Shown here: positions 57,028-64,000 of the stretch, piece after piece
How the letters are laid out: each line of letters starts with the position of its first letter
Position numbering within the stretch: position 1 is the stretch's first letter
DNA from: Candidatus Latescibacterota bacterium
GTDB taxonomy: Bacteria; Latescibacterota; UBA2968
Assembly: GCA_965208125.1 (NCBI GenBank)
Contig: OZ242320.1
Span: 3,296,001 to 3,360,000 of the forward strand
Reading direction: 5' to 3'
DNA: 64,000 nucleotides
Made by a program: the position numbers and the translations under genes
The notes under the pieces: model-generated
Database searches by the model: none
Seen by the model: only the letters and a program-made list of their open reading frames with translations
Told to the model about the DNA's origin: nothing

Positions 57028-57888
57028 GTGATTGCTTTGCCTATATTAGCCAAAGGTGTCTCCAAAGATGCACTGCATCACTACCTCGAAGATGTAGCTT
57101 CGTCTCAACCTCTGTCTTCCGCAGAGGAAGTTGAACTCGCTGTTCGCATTCGCAAGGGCGATCAGAAAGCGCGGGCAAAACTCATTGAAGCCAATCTGCG
57201 CTTTGTGATTACTGTGGCCTACGAATATCAAAATCAGGGTGTGCCACTCGTGGATCTCATCAGCGCGGGAAACGTCGGTTTGATCACAGCGGCAGAGCGT
57301 TTTGACGAGACGAGAGGGTTTAAGTTTATCTCTTATGCTGTTTGGTGGATTCGCCAATCTATTTTACAAACACTGGCGGAACACGCTCGGGTCGTGCGTC
57401 TTCCACTCAATCGCGTGGAATTGCTCAGACGTATATCTCGCTGTAAAAACAACCAGAAGCAAGAGCCTTCGACGCGCACTGCCGAAGAAGAAATTGCCGA
57501 AGAATTGGATATTCCGGTGGAGCAGGTTACGGATATTCTCACGAGTGGGCAGCGCACCTTGTCTCTCGATACGTCTCTTGGCGATGGGGAAAATAGCCTT
57601 CTCGAAATGATGCCCGATAACTCTCAAGAGTCGCCGGATGCAATGACGCTGCGAAATACCCTGAAAGATGAAATCTCAAGCGCTTTGAGCACCCTTGATG
57701 AACGCGAGCAAAAAGTTATCCGACTCTATTTTGGATTGGGCGGCGGCACAGAGATGACGCTTGAAGAAATTGGCAAGCAATTTCGCCTGACGCGCGAACG
57801 AATTCGGCAAATTAAAGAAAAAGCACTTCGAAAATTGCGCCATCCCACGCGCGGGCGAAAGCTGATGCCCTATGCGGAAGATGCGTGA
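57028..57888 (+). CDS. RpoD/SigA-family sigma-70 factor lacking region 1.1
   Basis: ANLRFVI, DLISAGNVGL, FKFISYAVWWIRQSI and TLEEIG....TRERIRQIKEKAL motifs. Confidence 0.93.
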   Translation: MIALPILAKGVSKDALHHYLEDVASSQPLSSAEEVELAVRIRKGDQKARAKLIEANLRFVITVAYEYQNQGVPLVDLISAGNVGLITAAERFDETRGFKFISYAVWWIRQSILQTLAEHARVVRLPLNRVELLRRISRCKNNQKQEPSTRTAEEEIAEELDIPVEQVTDILTSGQRTLSLDTSLGDGENSLLEMMPDNSQESPDAMTLRNTLKDEISSALSTLDEREQKVIRLYFGLGGGTEMTLEEIGKQFRLTRERIRQIKEKALRKLRHPTRGRKLMPYAEDA

Positions 57889-57897
57889 ACCGAAACG

Positions 57898-59250
57898 CTA
57901 ATCTCTCAATTTTTCCACGCATTCTCGAAACCGCTCACCGCGCTCTTCATAATTGCGAAACTGGTCGTAACTCGCCGATGCTGGCGATAGCAATACCACA
58001 TCGCCAGCATCGGCGAGGCTTGTCGCGCAACCCATCGCTTCTTCCAAATTTTCTACGCGGTGAATATTGGTTTTCCCTTTTGCTGTTGCCGCAATTGCTT
58101 CCCCGGTTTTGCCCATCACAATCAGATGTGCGACCTTTTCCGCTATCGCCACCCCCAAATTTTCAAATGCAATGCCCTTATCGTAGCCGCCAGCGATCAG
58201 TACGATTGGCCTGTCAAATGCCATGAGCGCTGTCCGCGTGCGGTCGGGGCTCGTGGCTATTGAGTCGTTCACATAGAGAACGCCGTTCACTTCTGCTACC
58301 TGCTCCAATCTGTGCGGTACTCCCTGAAATGTCTGCAATACTTCGGCGATATTTTCTTCAGATACGCCGCTTATGACCGCTGCACCCGTGGCTGCCAGCG
58401 CGTTGGCGAGGTTGTGCCGACCGCGCAAAGATAGGGTATCTACAGAACAGACGGTTCGCGCTTCGCCTCCGATTGCGTGTTGAATTTTTCCCTCTCGGAC
58501 AAATACATCCCCTTCGCCTTCAACGGCAAATACCACCCGCTGCCCTGCGCCCGTCCAACGAGACACTTCGACATCTTCTCCGTTGACAATTGTCCAATCG
58601 CCTTTTGTCTGGTGCCTGACGATTTGTTGCTTGGCTTGTCGATACGCTTGTAGAGATCCGTGAATGTCGATGTGATTTGGCGCAAAATTGGTTATAACAG
58701 CGATGTGGGGACTCCACGGCAAATCGCCCAATCGGTCGAGTTGAAAGCTCGATAGTTCCAGTACGACGGGTACATCGGCGTGTAGCAGGTCCAATTCATC
58801 CAGCAGGGATCCTCCGATATTGCCGCCGATTTGCGTGCGTTTGTCTTTTTGCTTGAGCATTTCTCCTATGAGCGCAGTTGTCGTGGTTTTGCCACTGCTG
58901 CCCGTTATGCCGATTGTGGGCGCGGGACAGCGTGCGGCAAATAGGCAGATTTCCGATGTAATGGGTACGCCCGCAGATTCTGCGATTTTCAAGTATCGCG
59001 ATGACCGGGGTACCGCGGGGTTGGCGACAATTAAATCTGCGTTCCGAAAATCTGTTTCTTCGTGCCGACCCAGCTTAAAGGCGATGGGTAATCCATTCAG
59101 GGCACTTATCGAAGTGCGCAGGTCTTTTTCAGGGCGCAAGTCCGTCACTGTCACCACGGCGCCTTTGCGTACCAGAAAACGCACCGCTCCCACGCCTCCG
59201 CCAAATAATCCCAATCCCATTACTGTGACGCGCTGGCCTTTTAAGTTCAC
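57898..59250 (-). CDS. murD: UDP-N-acetylmuramoyl-L-alanine--D-glutamate ligase
   Basis: ITGSSGKTTT, ELSSFQL, HRLE, NDSIAT and LLSPASASYDQF..YEERG motifs; GTG start at 59250 after GGAG. Confidence 0.95.
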   Translation of the reverse strand: MNLKGQRVTVMGLGLFGGGVGAVRFLVRKGAVVTVTDLRPEKDLRTSISALNGLPIAFKLGRHEETDFRNADLIVANPAVPRSSRYLKIAESAGVPITSEICLFAARCPAPTIGITGSSGKTTTTALIGEMLKQKDKRTQIGGNIGGSLLDELDLLHADVPVVLELSSFQLDRLGDLPWSPHIAVITNFAPNHIDIHGSLQAYRQAKQQIVRHQTKGDWTIVNGEDVEVSRWTGAGQRVVFAVEGEGDVFVREGKIQHAIGGEARTVCSVDTLSLRGRHNLANALAATGAAVISGVSEENIAEVLQTFQGVPHRLEQVAEVNGVLYVNDSIATSPDRTRTALMAFDRPIVLIAGGYDKGIAFENLGVAIAEKVAHLIVMGKTGEAIAATAKGKTNIHRVENLEEAMGCATSLADAGDVVLLSPASASYDQFRNYEERGERFRECVEKLRD

Positions 59251-59265
59251 GGGTAATCTCCAGTT

Positions 59266-59302
59266 GTCGATAGGTGCGGGTTTCAAACCCGCACCTATCG
59301 AC
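59266..59302. repeat. Perfect 37-bp palindrome (REP-like)
   Basis: gtcgataggtgcgggttt-c-aaacccgcacctatcgac, 18-bp arms. Confidence 0.85.
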
Positions 59303-60288
59303 TATTCTTTTAACAATTGATCGATGAGATCGACCGGGGTGATGCCTTCTGCTTCGGCGTTGAAATTTGTGACGAGGCGATGGCGCAAGACGGGTTTGGC
59401 GACAAAAGATACGTCGTCGATAGAGGGTGCATAGCGTCCACTGAGTACGGCGCGCGCTTTGGCGCCCAGGATGAGGCATTGAGAGGCGCGCGGACCGGCG
59501 CCCCATCTGAGCATGTTGGCGATGGATGTGTCTGCGTTCTGAGGGCGGGTTTTGCGGACGAGATCTACCGCGTGATCTACGATGTGATCGGCTACTGGAA
59601 CTTTGCGGATGAGTTGCTGGAGGTTGCGAATTTGTTCGGCGTTGATTACGGGCTGCACGTCGTGGGTTTGGGCACCTGTGGTGGCTTTGACAATGGCGCG
59701 TTCTTCTTCCTGGGTGGGATAATCGATCCACAGGTTAAATATGAAGCGGTCGAGTTGGGCTTCGGGCAGGGGATAAGTGCCTTCCTGTTCGATGGGATTT
59801 TGGGTGGCTAAGACAAAGAATGGTTCTTCGAGGCGGAAGGTTCCTCCCCCGGCGGTGACTTCGTGTTCTTGCATGGCCTGTAATAAGGCGGCCTGAGTTT
59901 TGGGCGGGGTGCGGTTGATTTCATCGGCAAGGATGATGTTGGCAAATAAGGGACCTTTGACAAAGCGGAATGCTTTGTGTCCGGTGGTCTGGTCTTCTTC
60001 GAGGAGTTCTGTGCCCGTGATGTCTGAAGGCATGAGGTCGGGGGTAAATTGGATGCGGCTGAAAGACAGGTCGAGGGCGCGTGCGAGGGTGCTGATGAGG
60101 AGCGTTTTGGCCAGGCCGGGCACGCCGACGAGCAAACAATGGCCTCCGCAGAGGAGGGCGATGAGTAGCTGATCGACGATTTCTCGCTGGCCAATAATGA
60201 CTTTGCCAATTTCGGCGACGATCTGGTCATACGCGGTTTTTAATTGTTCAACGGCCTGGAGGTCTTCATGAGGTGATGCTTCGGGCAT
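59302..60288 (-). CDS. moxR: MoxR family AAA+ ATPase
   Basis: GVPGLAKT, RIQFTPDLMPSDITG, LADEINR and ATQNPIEQEGTYPLPEAQLDRF motifs. Confidence 0.95.
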   Translation of the reverse strand: MPEASPHEDLQAVEQLKTAYDQIVAEIGKVIIGQREIVDQLLIALLCGGHCLLVGVPGLAKTLLISTLARALDLSFSRIQFTPDLMPSDITGTELLEEDQTTGHKAFRFVKGPLFANIILADEINRTPPKTQAALLQAMQEHEVTAGGGTFRLEEPFFVLATQNPIEQEGTYPLPEAQLDRFIFNLWIDYPTQEEERAIVKATTGAQTHDVQPVINAEQIRNLQQLIRKVPVADHIVDHAVDLVRKTRPQNADTSIANMLRWGAGPRASQCLILGAKARAVLSGRYAPSIDDVSFVAKPVLRHRLVTNFNAEAEGITPVDLIDQLLKE

Positions 60289-60300
60289 GTTGTTCCTTTC

Positions 60301-61620
60301 TTATGTTTTGCGTTTTTCCTTTTTTGCCGCTGGGAAGAGAATATTGTTGAGTATGAGGCGATAGCCCGGCGAATTTTTGTGTAGTGCGAGTTGCGTGGGC
60401 GGGTCGTTGACAAAGTGCTGATAGTCTTCCGGGTCGTGTCCCGCATAAAATGTGAATGTGCCTTTGCCGATGTTGCCGTGGATGTATTTGACGTGGTCTG
60501 TGCCGGGTATGTCGCCCATGATGGTGACGGATTTTTTGATGCGACTTTTGCGAAAGGCCGTGGTTTGGCCCAAAAAGCCGGGGACGATGGGCGTGTGGTT
60601 TTGCGTGAGCATGGTGGGTACGGGATCGTATTTTGCCGAGAATTCAAATAGTGAAAAGGCATCGATATCGGCATTTTTTATCTGGCTTATTTCAATGGGC
60701 GACAGGTCGATGTCGGCGTGTTCGTATTCGAGGGGGTCCATAACGAGGTTGAAGTTTTCAAAGGCTACTGTACGCGAAAAGTCGAGTTTTTGACGCGCCT
60801 GTAGATCTGCAGGGTCGCCGTCGTAAACGCTATCGACGATGTCGATTCCGCGTGCGGCGAGGGCAATGTCAAAGGTGTCGGTGGCCGAGCACATGGCAAA
60901 GAGAAAGCCGCCCTGTGCGACGTAGTTGTAAATGGCCTGTGCAACCGCGCCTTTGAGGTGGGAGACTTTGGCAAAGCCCAATTTGCCAGCGAGGGCTTTG
61001 AATCCGGCCTGTTGTTGCCGGTACCAGAGGGTGTGGCCGTGGCTGCGATAAAATTTGCCGTACTGTCCCGTGAAGTCTTCGTGGTGCAGGTGCAGCCAGT
61101 CGAAGTTTTCGAGTTTGCCCATGAGAACTTCCTCGTCCCACAAGGTGGTGTAGGGAATTTCCGCATACGTGAGAGCCAGTGTGACGGCGTCGTCCCAGGG
61201 CTGTTTGTTCGGGGGGGTATAGACCGCGATGCGAGGTGCTTTTTCAAGGCGCATGCGGTTCATGTTGCCGGATTCAATATCGGCGTAGATGCGCGTGGCT
61301 TGCGCAGCTGAGATGGCCTGGAATGAGACGGCGCGTATTCGGGCTTCGCGCGCGATGGTTTCGTGGTTGTCGATGAGGAAGGAGCCGCCGCGGTAGTTGA
61401 GCAACCACTCGACGGGATGGCCCTGTTGCAATGCCCAATACGCAATGCCGTAGGCTTTGAGATGATCTGTTTGCGATACGTCCATGCGGATGAGTATTTT
61501 GCCGACGTTCGCGCTTCCGCCACCAATCGCCGCTGTGCAGGGAGATGATGTTGTTAGAATAAAAAGCAAGGTGAGAAGAGTGAAGTATGTGTGTCTTGCA
61601 TTTTGCCGTTTTAATGTCAT
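60301..61620 (-). CDS. Conserved secreted FCB-type protein, probable class I glutamine amidotransferase-like fold
   Basis: Signal peptide; WLLNYRGGSF, DWLHLHHEDFTGQYGKFY, GGFLFAMCSATD and GHDPEDY motifs. Confidence 0.7.
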   Translation of the reverse strand: MTLKRQNARHTYFTLLTLLFILTTSSPCTAAIGGGSANVGKILIRMDVSQTDHLKAYGIAYWALQQGHPVEWLLNYRGGSFLIDNHETIAREARIRAVSFQAISAAQATRIYADIESGNMNRMRLEKAPRIAVYTPPNKQPWDDAVTLALTYAEIPYTTLWDEEVLMGKLENFDWLHLHHEDFTGQYGKFYRSHGHTLWYRQQQAGFKALAGKLGFAKVSHLKGAVAQAIYNYVAQGGFLFAMCSATDTFDIALAARGIDIVDSVYDGDPADLQARQKLDFSRTVAFENFNLVMDPLEYEHADIDLSPIEISQIKNADIDAFSLFEFSAKYDPVPTMLTQNHTPIVPGFLGQTTAFRKSRIKKSVTIMGDIPGTDHVKYIHGNIGKGTFTFYAGHDPEDYQHFVNDPPTQLALHKNSPGYRLILNNILFPAAKKEKRKT

Positions 61621-63503
61621 CCCGCTTCCTTTGTTTTTTCGAGGGTTTTGATTTTTTGTCGGAGGTTTCGCAGTCGCTCGCGGGCTATGTCGGCTTCAAG
61701 GCTTGTGGGATAGTTGACGAGCAGGGTTTCATAGATTTTTTGCGCGTCGTAATATTGTCCGAGATATTTGTCGTAGATCGCGCCCTGTGCGATATATGCG
61801 GCGGGGGAAAGTGGGCTTTCGGGTTGCGTGGCGATGAGTTTGCGATAGGTCTGAAGGGCTTGTGGATAGCGTTTCTGGTCGGCGTAGATTTTTGCCTGAT
61901 GGTCGAGCAAGCGATCCGCGAGAAAGGATTGCGGATGGGCGTGGTGAAGGGTTTCAAAAGCGTGTAATGCCCCGTTCTGGTCTTTTTGGCGCAGTTTGAG
62001 GCAGGCACTGGCATACGCGCTGAGCAGGGTTGCGTCTGCGCGCTGGCCTTCTTGTAATAGCGCGGATAGGGCGATGGCGTCGTTGATGATGTCGCGGTTG
62101 ACATCTGTTTTGAGCACGATGTCGAGCAGGGTTTGTGCCTGGTCGATCTGGCCCGATAGAAAATGCAATTCGGCGAGGCGAAAGCGGGCTTCGGTTGCTT
62201 CGGGAGCGGTCGCTCTTTCGGAGATGATCTGGTGGTAGATGAGCCGCGTCTTATCTATGCTGTTCGCCTGTAGATGGCCTTCGGCGAGTGCAAATAGTGC
62301 CTTGTATCGCCAGGTGCTGCGCCGATGGGTCTGGATCAGGTTTTGAAATGCTTGTTGGGCACCTGCGGCGTCATTGTGGTGGTCGCGCAAGATGATGCCT
62401 ACGAGAAAGCGGGCTTCGTCGGTCTCTGCGCGATTGGGGTGATGGGCGATGAGGTCACTGTAGTGGTTTTGTGCCTCGGCGGGGCGATTTGCAAGCTGAT
62501 ATGCTTTGCCCAGGCCCAATAGCGCGCGCGCGCGATGGTCGGGATGGTCTGCGCGGTCGCGTATCGCCTGATAAGCGGCAATGGAGGTTGCGGGATTGTC
62601 ATTGTCGAGGGCATAGCGCGCAATGCGGAAGAGATAATTCCAGTTATTTTTTGTCAGCGCGTTGGGCGAGAGCAAAAGGTCGAGTGTTTGAGCGACAAAT
62701 CCAGCGGGCAGGGCGTATTCGATGAGCAGGCTGAGATGGGTTTGATCACTGGGCGATGAGAGCAGGTCAAAGATCTCGGCGTGCTGGTCGCCGTTTTGGG
62801 CAAAATCGCGCAGGCGTGCTTCAACGTGCGCGCGATATTGCGGGTTTTGCTGAACCCAGATCAGATATTCGCGCACAGCATCGGGATAATGGGCGCGGCG
62901 TTCGGCGACTTCGGCGAGTTCGCGGGCAAAAAGCGTTGTTTTTTTGAGTGTGGCTCTCGCACGGCGGTAGGTCTGTTCGGCGCGTTTGTCGAGGTTGCGT
63001 TTGCGATAGCGACCGGCAATGATGGCAAAGGGGTATGTGGTGGTCGCCTTCTGGAGCAGGGGTTCCCAAAATGCGGCTGCGGAATCTATTTGGCCCAGTT
63101 CAAAGAGGGCGATGCCCAGGCGAAGGCGCGCGTTATTATCATTTGGAACAGACGATAGGCGTTGGCGCAACAGCACGACGACTTCGTCATGCCTGCCCGC
63201 CCGCGAGAGTGCGGATTCGAGGCGCATGAGAAGGTCGGCGCGATGGGGATGCTGGATGTAAAGACCGCGGTAGATGTGAATCGCGCTTGTGAAGTTCTTT
63301 TTAGCCTCAAGGGCTATTGCGCGCTGGAGCGCGGCGTTTATTTGCTCGGTAGATGCAGTGGCAATCCCCGCTAATAAGAGGAGGATGGCAAATAGACGAA
63401 TAGACGAATAGACGAATAGACGAGTCGGTGAATCGGCGAATCGGCGAATCGGCGAGTAGATGAATCGACGCAATGGTGTACAACTGTGTTTATCTGTGTT
63501 CAT
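61617..63503 (-). CDS. Secreted tetratricopeptide repeat protein (start uncertain, 63503-63536)
   Basis: Hydrophobic LFAILLLLAGIATA; TPR-like A...LG..Y....A...Y..LI...P repeats. Confidence 0.85.
   Translation of the reverse strand: MNTDKHSCTPLRRFIYSPIRRFADSPTRLFVYSSIRLFAILLLLAGIATASTEQINAALQRAIALEAKKNFTSAIHIYRGLYIQHPHRADLLMRLESALSRAGRHDEVVVLLRQRLSSVPNDNNARLRLGIALFELGQIDSAAAFWEPLLQKATTTYPFAIIAGRYRKRNLDKRAEQTYRRARATLKKTTLFARELAEVAERRAHYPDAVREYLIWVQQNPQYRAHVEARLRDFAQNGDQHAEIFDLLSSPSDQTHLSLLIEYALPAGFVAQTLDLLLSPNALTKNNWNYLFRIARYALDNDNPATSIAAYQAIRDRADHPDHRARALLGLGKAYQLANRPAEAQNHYSDLIAHHPNRAETDEARFLVGIILRDHHNDAAGAQQAFQNLIQTHRRSTWRYKALFALAEGHLQANSIDKTRLIYHQIISERATAPEATEARFRLAELHFLSGQIDQAQTLLDIVLKTDVNRDIINDAIALSALLQEGQRADATLLSAYASACLKLRQKDQNGALHAFETLHHAHPQSFLADRLLDHQAKIYADQKRYPQALQTYRKLIATQPESPLSPAAYIAQGAIYDKYLGQYYDAQKIYETLLVNYPTSLEADIARERLRNLRQKIKTLEKTKEAG
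63391..63470 (+). repeat. Octamer tandem repeat x10 inside the 5' end of the TPR gene
   Basis: aatagacg x4, agtcggtg, aatcggcg x3, agtagatg, aatcgacg. Confidence 0.9.
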
Positions 63504-63511
63504 CTGTGGTT
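63482..63511 (+). repeat. Decamer tandem repeat x3
   Basis: aactgtgttt atctgtgttc atctgtggtt. Confidence 0.75.
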
Positions 63512-64000
63512 GCATTTGTCTTTTTAGCATCTTCAATCAAGTTTTCAAAATACCGCCGGATAAGAGCCTGGTATTCGGATGAATATCCTTCTTTGAGGGC
63601 GTCGCGCATCAGATGGCGCAGTGGATTGTCGGCTTCTCCCAAATCTGAGGGGAGCGATCCCGGTCCGCGATAGGTCAGATTTATGCCCGTGCGCGCCTGT
63701 CGCTTTTTGCTCTTTCCGCGCGATCTCATGGCCTGTTGGGCATCGAGCAGACGGGAGAGGATTTGTCGCTGTCGCATGAGGGTTTGGGGGGCGACCCGGC
63801 GTTGGAGAAGTTCACGTGCAGTTTCACGCATGTCGCTGGCAATTTTGCCCAGATCGCCGAGCATTTCGCGCTGTTGCCGCGCCAATTCGCCGCGCAGGGC
63901 ATTGAGCGCGTCCCGGATGGCGCGCTGTTGGGCCGCGAGTTTTTGCCACGAGGGTTGGCCGCCTTGCTGCCCAAATAGATTTTCGGTTTGGGCGTTGAGT
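63490..64000 (-). CDS. C-terminus of a Gln-rich coiled-coil DUF4175-like protein (5'-truncated by window edge)
   Basis: Frame is open to the window end; QRQILSRLLDA and YQALIRRYFENL motifs. Confidence 0.7.
   Translation of the reverse strand, partial: LNAQTENLFGQQGGQPSWQKLAAQQRAIRDALNALRGELARQQREMLGDLGKIASDMRETARELLQRRVAPQTLMRQRQILSRLLDAQQAMRSRGKSKKRQARTGINLTYRGPGSLPSDLGEADNPLRHLMRDALKEGYSSEYQALIRRYFENLIEDAKKTNATTDEHR

Noticed and set aside
59251-59286. N-terminal extension MKPAPIDNW on MurD
   Set aside because: This is translation of the palindrome; the GTG at 59250 has a proper RBS. Similar over-long starts were trimmed for the SDR, miaB, queG, IscU-like, folB and Gfo/Idh genes.

Overview
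A 64 kb bacterial chromosomal segment with no rRNA, tRNA, CRISPR array, integrase or transposase that I can support. Gene content suggests an FCB-superphylum organism, probably a Latescibacterota/Gemmatimonadota-like marine invertebrate symbiont; this is inferred from the GWxTD, DUF5916, short RpoD, PhyH and sulfatase genes and the eukaryote-like repeat proteins. There are three zones. (1) 1-14.3 kb: a head-to-tail array of four paralogous, apparently secreted multidomain proteins. The full architecture is signal peptide, HExxHxxGxxH metzincin-like protease, 7-blade WD40, Ig-like Big_1, 14 more WD40 blades, a mini-LRR and a paired EF-hand/dockerin-like tail. The copies have near-identical 5' and 3' ends and strongly divergent cores. 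They show blade-level copying that preserves multiples of 7 blades, and one member is a chimera with a borrowed leader. This is the best candidate for an undescribed diversifying recognition-plus-protease system. (2) 14.4-38.5 kb: accessory catabolic genes (sulfatase, PhyH dioxygenases, PL2 lyase, oxidoreductases), a YWTD propeller carrying the same EF-hand/dockerin-like tag, and a close homologue of plant peroxisomal hydroxypyruvate reductase. (3) 38.6-64 kb: mostly housekeeping genes (IOR, lipA, miaB, queG, a one-Cys IscU-like gene, rny, erpA, prx, sodA, panCB, folKB, ygfZ, sigma-70, murD, moxR cluster). Scattered REP-like palindromes and short tandem repeats are also present. All family assignments come from motif recognition by eye; no searches were run.
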